Shown: positions 1 through 11,906 of the stretch, in pieces
Layout: each line of letters opens with the position of its first letter
How positions within the stretch are numbered: position 1 is the first letter of the stretch
Sequence record: KC012945.1
Reading direction: 5' to 3' (one strand)
DNA length: 32,000 nucleotides
Notes under the pieces: generated by a model
The model's input: the letters and a program-made list of their open reading frames with translations, nothing else
The model's database searches: none
What the model was told of the DNA's origin: nothing
Position numbers and translations under genes: made by a program

Positions 1-548
1 CAGGTGCTGCATGGCTGTCGTAAGCTCGTGTCGTGAGATGTTAGGTTAACTCCTTTTAACGGGCGAAACCCCTTTTTTTCGTTGCTACTTAATTTTATTT
101 TTAAAGCACTCTAAAAAAACTGCTCCCTTTTTTTAATTCGGAGAGGAAGGTGGGGATGACGTCAAGTCCTTATGGCCCTTATGAACTGGGCTACACACGT
201 GCTACAATGGTAAAGACAATAAGAAGTGATAGGGTAACCTAAAACCAATCTTTAAACTTTATCAAAGTTCGGATTGTGGACTGCAACTCGTCCATATGAA
301 GGTGGAATCACTAGTAATCGCACATCAGCATGTTGCGGTGAATTTGTACCTAGGCCTTGTACACACCGCCCGTCACGTGCCGGGAGTTGGCTTGGTTAGA
401 AACTTATTTCTTAACCAAGAAGAAAAAAAAATGCTTCATTTTGAAATTATTTTTTTTTTAGTATTGGAAAGATTAAACTACGAACGAGTCGATGACTGGG
501 ATGAAGTCGTAACAAGGTAGTCGTACGGGAACGTGCGGCTGGAATTTT
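1..548 (+). rRNA. rns: Small-subunit mitochondrial rRNA, 3' ~550 nt only; the 5' part lies upstream of the window
   Basis: It starts with CAGGTGCTGCATGGCTGTCGT..GTGAGATGTT (E. coli 16S ~1045-1080). It contains TGTACACACCGCCCGTCAC and ends with GAAGTCGTAACAAGGTAGTCGTACGGGAACGTGCGGCTGGAA (helix 45). The 3' end is approximate. Confidence 0.95.
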
Positions 549-583
549 TAAAAACATACAATTTACTCACATCATATTTTTAC

Positions 584-595
584 AAAAAATAAAAT
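584..595 (+). promoter_or_regulatory. Exact copy of the AAAAAATAAAAT upstream motif, 2 nt before the nad7 ATG
   Basis: Exact 12-mer read directly. It is one of at least 7 exact copies, all just upstream of ORF starts. Function unknown. Confidence 0.35.
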
Positions 596-597
596 AC

Positions 598-1794
598 ATG
601 GTTTTAAAAAAAACTACATTGTCAAAAAAAATAAAAAATTTTACTATTAATTTTGGGCCACAACACCCTGCTGCTCATGGTGTGTTAAGATTGGTATTAG
701 CACTAAATGGAGAAATTGTTGAAAGGGCCGATCCTCACATAGGTCTCCTTCATAGGGGAACTGAAAAATTAATAGAGCATAAAACTTACATTCAAGCTTT
801 GCCTTATTTTGATCGTTTGGATTATGTATCTATGATGGCCCAAGAACATACTTATAGTTTAGCTGTCGAAAAACTGGCGAATACTAAAATTCCTATGCGT
901 GCTCAACATATTCGTGTACTTTTTTTGGAGATTACTCGAATTTTGAATCACTTGTTGGCGGTAGGTTGTCATGCAATGGATGTTGGAGCAATGACACCCT
1001 TCTTGTGGGCATTTGAAGAGCGTGAAAAATTAATGGAATTTTATGAACGTGTTTCCGGCGCTCGAATGCATGCAGCTTATATACGTCCAGGAGGTGTAAG
1101 TCAAGACATTCCTTTAGGGTTATTGGATGATATATATATATTTGCCGAGCAATTTGGTACTCGATTGGACGAAATGGAAGAAATGCTTACAGCTAATCGT
1201 ATTTGGAAGCAAAGACTAGTGGATATTGGTGTCGTTTCAGCTAAGGATGCTATTGATTGGGGATTTAGTGGTGTGATGTTAAGAGGGTCTGGAATCCCTT
1301 GGGACTTAAGAAAGAGTCAACCTTATGAAATATACTCAAAATTAGATTTTGAAGTTCCTGTGGGTAATAATGGAGACTGCTTTGATCGTTATTTAATTCG
1401 AGTCGAAGAGATGCGCCAATCGTTAAAGCTAATTTGGCAAACATTGAATACAATACCAAATGGACCTATAAAAAGTGATGATAGAAAACTGACTCCACCA
1501 TCACGAGCCCACCTTAAACAATCAATGGAATCTTTAATCCATCATTTTAAACTTTATACTGAAGGAATGATTATCCCTGCAGGAGAAACTTATACTGCAA
1601 CCGAAGCTCCAAAAGGAGAGTTTGGGGTTTATTTAGTTTCTGATGGTAGTAATCGACCATATCGCTGCAAAATCAAAGCTCCAGGCTTTGGTCATTTACA
1701 AGCCTTAGATTTTATGGCTAAAGGTCATATGGTTGCTGATGTTGTAACAATTATTGGGACTCAGGATATTGTCTTTGGGGAAGTAGATCGTTAA
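598..1794 (+). CDS. nad7: NADH dehydrogenase subunit 7 (49-kDa/NuoD)
   Basis: 398-aa ORF with ATG start and TAA stop. Motifs [26 protein letters not shown] and the C-terminal [12 protein letters not shown]. Confidence 0.97.
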   Translation: MVLKKTTLSKKIKNFTINFGPQHPAAHGVLRLVLALNGEIVERADPHIGLLHRGTEKLIEHKTYIQALPYFDRLDYVSMMAQEHTYSLAVEKLANTKIPMRAQHIRVLFLEITRILNHLLAVGCHAMDVGAMTPFLWAFEEREKLMEFYERVSGARMHAAYIRPGGVSQDIPLGLLDDIYIFAEQFGTRLDEMEEMLTANRIWKQRLVDIGVVSAKDAIDWGFSGVMLRGSGIPWDLRKSQPYEIYSKLDFEVPVGNNGDCFDRYLIRVEEMRQSLKLIWQTLNTIPNGPIKSDDRKLTPPSRAHLKQSMESLIHHFKLYTEGMIIPAGETYTATEAPKGEFGVYLVSDGSNRPYRCKIKAPGFGHLQALDFMAKGHMVADVVTIIGTQDIVFGEVDR

Positions 1795-1813
1795 CAATTT
1801 ATTTATTTTTTTC

Positions 1814-1887
1814 GCGTTTGTAACTCAATTGGATAGAGTGTCGGGTTTCGGTTCCGAAAGTTGTGGGTTCAATTCCTATCAAACGTA
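1814..1887 (+). tRNA. trnR(ucg): tRNA-Arg, anticodon UCG
   Basis: Cloverleaf folded by hand. Acceptor GCGTTTG/CAAACGT, D arm ACTC..GAGT, anticodon stem TCGGG/TCCGA with loop TTTCGGT, T arm GTGGG-TTCAATT-CCTAT. Confidence 0.9.
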
Positions 1888-1905
1888 TTTTATTGTTTCT
1901 ACTAT

Positions 1906-1988
1906 GTTTCTATGGTGAAATTGGTAGACACGAAAGACTCAAAATCTTTTACTCTTAGAGTGTGCTGGTTCAAGTCCGGCTAGAAACA
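1906..1988 (+). tRNA. trnL(caa): tRNA-Leu, anticodon CAA, with a long variable arm
   Basis: Acceptor GTTTCTA/TAGAAAC, anticodon stem AAAGA/TCTTT with loop CTCAAAA, long variable arm, T arm GCTGG-TTCAAGT-CCGGC. Confidence 0.9.
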
Positions 1989-2023
1989 AACTAAAAAATC
2001 TGTTTTTTTTTACTAGTTATTAA

Positions 2024-3568
<1,545 letters not shown>

Positions 3569-3587
3569 TTTATTAACTAATTAAGAA

Positions 3588-3869
3588 ATGAGAGGAACAG
3601 ACTTAATCATCGCCTTTTTACTGGTTTGGTTAGTAGAATCTATTTGTATTTTTGTGTTATTGCAAATATACAACCCAGAAATGATAGGGTTGCTTGTAGA
3701 ATTGAAAAACAATGAAGCTGAAATCGCACAGATATGTAAGGCACTCGAAAAAGACACTGCCGTTTATACTACTGAGACCACTCTTGCACAGTTTGTGACC
3801 TACACTAGTATTTTGGGTGCCATACATGGATTTTATACTGGTTTAGCTAGTTTATCAATATTCCAATAA
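3588..3869 (+). CDS. Lineage-specific small ORF downstream of cox1-A (orfX-A). Predicted N-terminal TM, acidic helical middle, C-terminal hydrophobic segment.
   Basis: 93-aa ORF with ATG start and TAA stop, 19 nt after cox1. It is a positional homologue of 6814-7113 and shares IIAFLL..FVLL..NEAEI. I recognise no known family. Confidence 0.5.
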   Translation: MRGTDLIIAFLLVWLVESICIFVLLQIYNPEMIGLLVELKNNEAEIAQICKALEKDTAVYTTETTLAQFVTYTSILGAIHGFYTGLASLSIFQ

Positions 3870-3894
3870 ATACAATGCTATTGGAGATCTTTTA

Positions 3895-4131
3895 GCACTG
3901 TAGAATTTGATATTGAATACAGAACAACGTTTAAGATCTGTTGAGTTTCTTGGTAGATTTGATCGGAAAGTTTTTGAATATACTCCCGATATGGCTTTTC
4001 TTCGAATGAATAATATTAGTTTTTAGTTATTGTCGTCTTCTATTGTTAGCTTCAATCTTTTTAGAGGCAGGTGTAGGAACTAGTTGAAGTACAATTGTAC
4101 TTCATTTGGTTTTTGTTATCACTTTTTTTTT
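3895..4131 (+). pseudogene. Internally deleted cox1 relic, copy A'
   Basis: 3985-4088 aligns to cox1 2366-2477 ([19 protein letters not shown]...EAGAGTGW) but has in-frame stops. It is fused at TAGTTGAA (4081-4088) to sequence matching cox1 3447-3510 (NAIASFGSY...FFF). The 5' part (3895-3984) is only weakly cox1-like. Confidence 0.75.
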
Positions 4132-4157
4132 ATATATTTTTAAAATTTTTATAAACT

Positions 4158-4169
4158 AAAAAATAAAAT
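4158..4169 (+). promoter_or_regulatory. Exact copy of the AAAAAATAAAAT upstream motif, abutting orfY-A
   Basis: Exact 12-mer read directly. Confidence 0.35.
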
Positions 4170-4444
4170 TGAAAATAAAAGATTTTTTTATAATTATTTT
4201 TATAACCTTTTTAATAATAGTTGTAGGATACTGCGTAGATCTAAGTGTCATTGCACATTTAGATCTACTGGAGCAATTGGAAATGGCCAGAGACAATCAA
4301 TTGGAGCTATTGGAAGTAATTGATGAACTCGAACAATCTATTGAGGCTGACTGTGAAGAAGCTCAGGCCAGAAAAGATACTACTATTGGTATCTTCCTTT
4401 TCATGCTTACAGCAGCATTTTTTGTACTTGGTGCTAGAGCTTAA
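4169..4444 (+). CDS. Second small ORF of the cox1 module (orfY-A): TM, strongly acidic coiled-coil-like middle, TM. It has no ATG start.
   Basis: 91 codons are open, but only from a TTG, and the first in-frame ATG is deep inside. Its counterpart in unit 2 (7592-7790) has an ATG but is truncated. Coding status is uncertain. Confidence 0.3.
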   Translation: MKIKDFFIIIFITFLIIVVGYCVDLSVIAHLDLLEQLEMARDNQLELLEVIDELEQSIEADCEEAQARKDTTIGIFLFMLTAAFFVLGARA

Positions 4445-4469
4445 AGCTCTTAAAAACTACAAATTAAAT

Positions 4470-4654
4470 AAGACAGAGTTAAAATTTATTCTTCCAAAAA
4501 GATTAACAGTCAAAAATGTTCTTAATCTAGAACGTAACAATGTAGTGTACTTTTTGGATATGACCGTCTTGTAGAAGAAAATAATTTTATTTCCTCGAGT
4601 TGTGAAATTATTAGTATCCCTATAGGTGCTATAATTCTAGGCCGTATGTTAAGT
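4470..4654 (+). pseudogene. Decayed 5' fragment of atp1, left by the tandem duplication
   Basis: It aligns to atp1 7828-8142 (..FILPKK.., [10 protein letters not shown].., IVSIPVG.., GRVLSPL). The start codon is lost, ~140 nt are deleted internally, and frame disruptions are present. Confidence 0.85.
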
Positions 4655-5228
4655 CCTTTAAAATTATTAAATGATATCTATATTTTTGCTGAACAATTTA
4701 ATACTAAATTAACTGAAATAAAAAAATATTTATGAATAATCGTATTTGGAAACAAGGATTAGGTTAATATTGGTGTTGTTTCAGGTAAAGATGCCATGAA
4801 TTGGAGACTTAGAACAAAGTCAACTTTATGAACTATGCTCAAAGTTAGATTTTGAAATTCATGTAGATAATAATAAAGACTGATTTGATTGTTATTTAAT
4901 TCAAGTTGAAAAAATGCATCAATAACTAAAGATGTTTAGACAAGCATTGAATACCATTTCAAATTAACCTATAAAAGGTGATAATAAAAAACTAACTCCA
5001 TCATTACAAGCTCACCTTAAACAATTAATAGAATCTTTAATCCATCATTTTAAACTTTATATTAAAGAAATAATTGTGCTTATAAAAAAAATTTATACTG
5101 CAACAAAAGTTTGAGACTTTAGCCATTTATGAACCTTAAATTTTAAGGTTAAAGGTCACAACGTTGCTAATATTATAACAATTATTAAAATGCAGGGTAT
5201 TATTCTTTCTGGAGGAGCAAATCGTTAA
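4655..5228 (+). pseudogene. Decayed 3' third of nad7, left by the tandem duplication
   Basis: It aligns to nad7 1111-1794, ending in the same ..ATCGTTAA. It has many substitutions (largely G/C to A/T), several deletions and multiple stops. No ORF >=60 aa lies here on the + strand. Confidence 0.9.
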
Positions 5229-6794
<1,566 letters not shown>

Positions 6795-6813
6795 TTTTTC
6801 AACTAATTGAAAA

Positions 6814-7113
6814 ATGAAAAAAACATACATAGTTATCGCCTTTTTACTACTTTTATTAGGAGAAGCTTATTATTTTTTTGTGTTATTGCATGAATACCAC
6901 ACAGAGCTTTTATCATTAATCGAAGAGGTGCAAAAAAATGAAGCTGAAATTTTAACCAGATTAGACCAACTTCAACAGAAAACTCACAAACATGCTCAAT
7001 ACTGGACCTATAAAGAACTTATAGGTAATGGCGCCTATATAGTTATCATGGTTGTGTGTTTGAATTATAGTTATACGAAAGACGGGAATTTTTATTTTGG
7101 ATGGTTTGGTTAA
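6814..7113 (+). CDS. Lineage-specific small ORF downstream of cox1-B (orfX-B), a highly diverged paralogue of 3588-3869
   Basis: 99-aa ORF with ATG start and TAA stop, at the same 19-nt distance after cox1. It shares the N-terminal TM and the NEAEI block with orfX-A, and the remainder is diverged. Confidence 0.45.
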   Translation: MKKTYIVIAFLLLLLGEAYYFFVLLHEYHTELLSLIEEVQKNEAEILTRLDQLQQKTHKHAQYWTYKELIGNGAYIVIMVVCLNYSYTKDGNFYFGWFG

Positions 7114-7308
7114 TTTATCAATATAATAAATCTCTTGAGATACAAAACCCCTGAATGACAAAATTGGCTAAAACAAATACCTATTCTAGATCATACCATT
7201 ATACAAGTAATGGATAGTGATCTTACTTGTTCAGAGGTTAGGTTAAGAATTATGAGAGCTATGCATAAAGATAGTTCAGGTGATTACAATACGGCCGGAA
7301 ATTTTTTG

Positions 7309-7551
7309 GCACTGTAGAATTTGATATTGAATACAGAACAACGTTCAAGGTTTATTGAGTTTCTTAGTAGACCCAATCGGAAAGTTTTTCAATATGCTCC
7401 CGAATATGGCTTCCCCTAGAATAAGTAACATGAGATTTTGGTTATTGCCACCTTCTCTTATTCTATTCTTAGCTTCAACTTTTGTAGAGTCAGATTCAGA
7501 AACTGATTGAAATGCAATTGTATTACATTTTTAATTATCTCTTTTTTTTTT
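7309..7551 (+). pseudogene. Internally deleted cox1 relic, copy B'
   Basis: 7399-7508 aligns to the cox1 [10 protein letters not shown]...TFVE region with stops. It has the same internal-deletion joint (CTGATTGAAATGCAATTG) as copy A'. Confidence 0.75.
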
Positions 7552-7575
7552 ACATTTTTAAAATTCTTATAAACC

Positions 7576-7587
7576 AAAAAATAAAAT
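7576..7587 (+). promoter_or_regulatory. Exact copy of the AAAAAATAAAAT upstream motif, 4 nt before the ATG of the decayed orfY-B
   Basis: Exact 12-mer read directly. Confidence 0.35.
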
Positions 7588-7591
7588 CAAG

Positions 7592-7790
7592 ATGAAAAGT
7601 TATTCATTAATTATAATTGTTTTTCTAATCGTTTTAATAATATTTATAGGGTGCTACTAATAGATAAGTTAGATCACACATTTAAATCTATTGAAATTAA
7701 CTGGTAAAACTCATACCAAAAAATATTGTTATTGGTATCTTAAGCTTTGTACTTACAACAACACTATTTATTGTTTGGTCGCAAAGTTAA
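7592..7790 (+). pseudogene. Decayed copy of orfY (orfY-B)
   Basis: The ATG is present, but a TAA follows after 22 codons (7658-7660). The acidic central region of orfY-A is deleted. Both ends still align to 4169-4444. Confidence 0.7.
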
Positions 7791-7815
7791 AGCTCTTAAA
7801 AACTATAAATTAAAC

Positions 7816-7827
7816 AAAAAGTAAAAT
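7816..7827 (+). promoter_or_regulatory. One-mismatch variant (AAAAAGTAAAAT) of the upstream motif, abutting the atp1 ATG
   Basis: Read directly. It matches the consensus at 11 of 12 positions. Confidence 0.25.
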
Positions 7828-9390
7828 ATGGCAAAATTAGAATTTATTCTTCCAAAAAAAATTAATAATCAAGAGCCTCCTTCAATTAGTAAGGATACTG
7901 GTAGAGTAATTAGTATTAGTGATGGTGTAGTGCGAGCCGAAGGACTTTTTGATGTTCAAGTAGGCGAATTAGTCATTTTTGAAAGTGGACTACGTGGTCA
8001 GGTTCTTAATCTAGAACGTGACAATGTTGGAGTTGTACTTTTTGGAGATGACCGTTTTGTAAAAGAAAATGATTTTGTTTTCCGAGGTTATGAGATTGTT
8101 AGTATCCCTGTAGGTACTGAAGTTTTAGGCCGTGTATTAAGTCCTTTAGGTGACCCTTTGGATAAAGGTCCTAAATTAAAAACTCAGAAATCTCAAATTG
8201 AAGTTAAAGCCCCTGGAATTATTGCTAGACAATCAGTTAACGAACCCGTAACTACAGGTATCAAAGTAATTGACGCTTTAGTACCTTTGGGTCGAGGTCA
8301 ACGAGAATTAATTATCGGTGATCGTCAAACCGGTAAAACTTCGATTGCAATCGATACTATTCTAAACCAACGAAAAGCTACCAAAGGAGAAATTCGATGT
8401 ATCTACGTTGGTATTGGTATTAAACGCTCAACCCTTTCTCAATTAGTTAATACTATTTTTAATAAGAAAAAAAACTGGTACACTTGTATTGTGGCTGCAA
8501 CAGCTTCTGATGCAGCACCATTGCAATTTTTAGCTCCTTATGCTGGAGCTACAGTAGGGGAGTACATTAGAGACGCTCTAAAAATTGAAAATCATGCTGT
8601 AATTTTTTACGATGATCTTTCAAAACATGCAGTAGCTTATCGACAAATGTCCCTTTTATTACGACGACCACCAGGTCGAGAAGCTTATCCAGGTGATGTT
8701 TTTTATCTTCACTCACGACTTTTAGAGCGTGCTGCCAAAATGAATAAATCATTAGGAGGTGGATCTTTAACAGCTCTTCCTGTTATTGAAACTCAAGCTG
8801 GTGATGTTTCCGCTTATATTCCAACCAATGTAATTTCTATTACAGACGGTCAAATTTTTTTGGATACTAGATTGTTTAACGAAGGTTATAGACCTGCAAT
8901 CAATGTGGGTTTATCTGTAAGTCGGGTAGGTTCTGCAGCACAATTAAAAGCAATGAAACAAATTGCAGGTAGTTTAAAACTAGAGCTTGCAATTTACCGT
9001 GAAGTTGAATTGTTTGCTAAGTTTGGTTCAGACTTAGATGAAGGTACCTTAAAACAGTTACATCATGGGTCTCGATTAGTTGCGTTATTGAATCAACCAA
9101 GATTTGACCCAATACCAATTCTAACTCAAATTTTTGTAGTATTCGCAGGGGTACGATCATACATAGATTATGTTCCTGTTAAATCAGTTCCACTTTATGA
9201 AAAATTTTTAACTTCTAAAGCAGAAATGGATCCTAGACTAAAATATATATTCAAAATTATTGCACAAGACAACTATAATTTGAATAAACTTGCAGAGGGG
9301 TATTTTAGTCATCTTGCAGAAGAGTATACTTATATTTTCTTAAATTATTCGACTTTTTTAAGAAATATTCAATACTTATCAACTATTTAA
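7828..9390 (+). CDS. atp1: ATP synthase F1 alpha subunit
   Basis: 520-aa ORF with Walker [19 protein letters not shown], then [28 protein letters not shown] and ITDGQIFL. Confidence 0.97.
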   Translation: MAKLEFILPKKINNQEPPSISKDTGRVISISDGVVRAEGLFDVQVGELVIFESGLRGQVLNLERDNVGVVLFGDDRFVKENDFVFRGYEIVSIPVGTEVLGRVLSPLGDPLDKGPKLKTQKSQIEVKAPGIIARQSVNEPVTTGIKVIDALVPLGRGQRELIIGDRQTGKTSIAIDTILNQRKATKGEIRCIYVGIGIKRSTLSQLVNTIFNKKKNWYTCIVAATASDAAPLQFLAPYAGATVGEYIRDALKIENHAVIFYDDLSKHAVAYRQMSLLLRRPPGREAYPGDVFYLHSRLLERAAKMNKSLGGGSLTALPVIETQAGDVSAYIPTNVISITDGQIFLDTRLFNEGYRPAINVGLSVSRVGSAAQLKAMKQIAGSLKLELAIYREVELFAKFGSDLDEGTLKQLHHGSRLVALLNQPRFDPIPILTQIFVVFAGVRSYIDYVPVKSVPLYEKFLTSKAEMDPRLKYIFKIIAQDNYNLNKLAEGYFSHLAEEYTYIFLNYSTFLRNIQYLSTI

Positions 9391-9415
9391 TTTTTAATTT
9401 TTTTGCTTTTTTCCT

Positions 9416-9489
9416 GAACCTATAACTCAGCTGGTTAGAGTGTACGCCTGATAAGCGTAAAGTCAGTAGTTCAAATCTACTTAGGTTCA
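9416..9489 (+). tRNA. trnI(gau): tRNA-Ile, anticodon GAU
   Basis: Acceptor GAACCTA/TAGGTTC, anticodon stem TACGC/GCGTA with loop CTGATAA, T arm AGTAG-TTCAAAT-CTACT. Confidence 0.9.
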
Positions 9490-9532
9490 TATCAATTTTT
9501 TTCTATAAATTAAATTAAAAAAATCTCTACGA

Positions 9533-11014
9533 ATGAATTTTTCTTTTCTATTTGCTAATGACATTAAAATCTTTTTTCCTGAAATATTTCTTAGTTTAGC
9601 TATTTTAATAGTTCTTATATATGGGGTTTTGTTGGCAACTTCCTTAACTTATAATTATCCTTTAATTAGTAAAAATATTTATAAGTTAGTTTTGTTTATA
9701 CTTTTTTTAACGAGTCTTCTGACAATGTATAATCCGATTGATTATGCTTTAATTTTTCAAAAAACTTTCGTACACGATGATTTGACACGAGTTGCTAAAC
9801 TCTTTGTGTTGGGTTCCTCTTTTGCTTGTTTATTACTATTTCAATCTTATATAGAGAATTCACAAATCAATAATTACGAATATTTTTTATTGATTCTGTT
9901 TTCAATTTTTGGTTTAAACTTGTTAGTAAGTTCTTATGATTTGATTTCAGCATACTTAGCAATAGAACTCCAAGCCTTATCTTTTTATGTTTTGGCTTCT
10001 TTTCAAAGACAATCTGTTTTTTCTACCGAAGCAGGCCTTAAATATTTCATTCTAGGGGCTTTTTCATCAGGGTTACTCCTTTATGCTTTCTCATTAATTT
10101 ATGGCGTTACTGGCACAACAAATTTGATAAATATCAAAAATTTTTGTTTAGACCCTTATTTTGAGGGTGCTACTATTATTCAAATAGCTTTGATATTTTT
10201 GATTGCTGGCTTCCTGTTTAAAATTGCAGCATTTCCTTTTCATATGTGGACGCCTGATGTTTACGAAGGATCTCCTACTTCTACAACTATTTTTTTTGCG
10301 ATTGTGCCTAAAATTGCGATTATGAGCTTTTTTGTACGACTTTGTTCTTTTAGTTTTTCAAGTTTTGATGGAATTTGGGGGGAAATTTTATTATTTTCTG
10401 CATTGGGTTCTATTATATATTCAGCTTTTGTTGCAATAAAACAAAACAGTTTAAAACGTCTTCTTGCATATAGTGGTATTGGCCATGTTGGCTTTATATT
10501 ATTACCTTTAAGTACAAATACTTTAGATGGATTGCAAGCTATGTTTTTTTACCTGCTTGTTTATATGATTACTTCACTACCTGTATGGGGGTTACTCTTA
10601 GTTTGTATGAAAGGGAAAAAAAATTCTCAAAATAGTGTGAGTATATTGGGAGGGTTACCTACATCTTCTCCCATATTAGCTATACTAGCTTCGCTTGCTT
10701 TTTTTTCTTTAGCTGGCATACCCCCTCTTGTAGGCTTTTATTCCAAAATATTTATTTTTTTTTCTGCTATTAAATCTTCCCTTTATTTAGTTGCTTTCGT
10801 TGTCTTAGCTATTAGTGTTGTATCTACATATTACTACATTAGCATTGTAAAAACTATATATTTTGAAAAAAACAAAAATTGGATTTTTTATGAGCCTGTA
10901 ACCAAAGAAAAATCTATTGTGTTAGCTGTTTCTTTAATACTTTTATTTTTTTTCTTTTTTAATCCTAACTTGTTGTTACTTTTGTCTCAACAAATGGCTT
11001 TATCTGTATTTTAG
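9533..11014 (+). CDS. nad2: NADH dehydrogenase subunit 2
   Basis: 493-aa polytopic ORF with PFHMWTPDVYEGSPT and LAYSGIGHVGF. Confidence 0.93.
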   Translation: MNFSFLFANDIKIFFPEIFLSLAILIVLIYGVLLATSLTYNYPLISKNIYKLVLFILFLTSLLTMYNPIDYALIFQKTFVHDDLTRVAKLFVLGSSFACLLLFQSYIENSQINNYEYFLLILFSIFGLNLLVSSYDLISAYLAIELQALSFYVLASFQRQSVFSTEAGLKYFILGAFSSGLLLYAFSLIYGVTGTTNLINIKNFCLDPYFEGATIIQIALIFLIAGFLFKIAAFPFHMWTPDVYEGSPTSTTIFFAIVPKIAIMSFFVRLCSFSFSSFDGIWGEILLFSALGSIIYSAFVAIKQNSLKRLLAYSGIGHVGFILLPLSTNTLDGLQAMFFYLLVYMITSLPVWGLLLVCMKGKKNSQNSVSILGGLPTSSPILAILASLAFFSLAGIPPLVGFYSKIFIFFSAIKSSLYLVAFVVLAISVVSTYYYISIVKTIYFEKNKNWIFYEPVTKEKSIVLAVSLILLFFFFFNPNLLLLLSQQMALSVF

Positions 11015-11044
11015 TTGTTTTTTTTAAGTTCTATTTATACTAAT

Positions 11045-11056
11045 AAAAAATAAAAT
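11045..11056 (+). promoter_or_regulatory. Exact copy of the AAAAAATAAAAT upstream motif, 24 nt before the atp6 ATG
   Basis: Exact 12-mer read directly. Confidence 0.35.
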
Positions 11057-11080
11057 TTAAAACTTAAGAATTTAAATTTA

Positions 11081-11869
11081 ATGTACGACAAAATATTAAC
11101 AAGTCCGTTAGACCAATTTAGAATCCTTCCTATTTTTCAATTCAATTTAGGATTTTTGGATTTATCTTTTACCAATTCAGCCTTGACTTTATTTTTAGCT
11201 CTGGGTAGTTTTTTATCTATTGCGTATTTAATTATTTATCCTGCTTTATATTTGACAAAGGCAGATGGGATTTTTCTTGTACCAAATAATCGATGGTTTT
11301 TATTGATTGAAAATCTTTATCTTGTAATAACTTCACTACTTTTTGATAATGTAGGAATTAAAGGCGAAGTTTATTTCCCATTTCTTTTTGTTATATTCGT
11401 GTTTGTATTACAATCAAATTTAATTGGTTTAATTCCTTATAGCTTTACTGCTACTAGCCATATAATCGTAACTTTTTCTTTGTCTCTTATAGTTTTCATA
11501 GGAGTTAATATTGTTGGTATAAATATACATAGAATTCATTTTTTGAACTTATTTTTGCCTTCAGGAACTGCTTTACCATTAGCTTTTTTATTAGTTCCAC
11601 TTGAAATTGTTTCATTTTTATCAAAGCCTATCAGTTTATCAGTTCGACTTTTTGCTAACATGATGGCTGGTCACACACTTTTAAAAGTTATTGCGGGATT
11701 TGCTTGGAGTATGATGAAAGGAGGGGGTTTATTGTTTTTAGCTCATATTTTACCTCTAGCTGTACTATTTATATTGGTAGGTTTAGAACTAGGAGTTGCT
11801 ATTATTCAAGCTTATGTATTTACAGTTTTGGCTTGTATATACTTAAACGACTCTATAAATCTTCATTAA
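11081..11869 (+). CDS. atp6: ATP synthase F0 subunit a
   Basis: 262-aa ORF with SPLDQF at the N-terminus and the subunit-a signature SLSVRLFANMMAGH. Confidence 0.95.
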   Translation: MYDKILTSPLDQFRILPIFQFNLGFLDLSFTNSALTLFLALGSFLSIAYLIIYPALYLTKADGIFLVPNNRWFLLIENLYLVITSLLFDNVGIKGEVYFPFLFVIFVFVLQSNLIGLIPYSFTATSHIIVTFSLSLIVFIGVNIVGINIHRIHFLNLFLPSGTALPLAFLLVPLEIVSFLSKPISLSVRLFANMMAGHTLLKVIAGFAWSMMKGGGLLFLAHILPLAVLFILVGLELGVAIIQAYVFTVLACIYLNDSINLH

Positions 11870-11906
11870 TATAAAAAATTTTCAAGTACAAAATAAACAT
11901 TAACAG

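Noticed and set aside
296-520. 74-aa ORF on the + strand
   Set aside because: It lies entirely inside the conserved 3' domain of rns (it includes the TGTACACACCGCCCGTCAC region). It is a chance ORF in an rRNA gene.
4320-4574. 84-aa + strand ORF spanning the end of orfY-A and the atp1 fragment
   Set aside because: It is a chimeric frame. Its first part is an alternative frame of orfY-A and its last part is the decayed atp1 5' remnant (..ELKFILPK..VLNLERNNV..). It is a by-product of the duplication joint rather than a gene.
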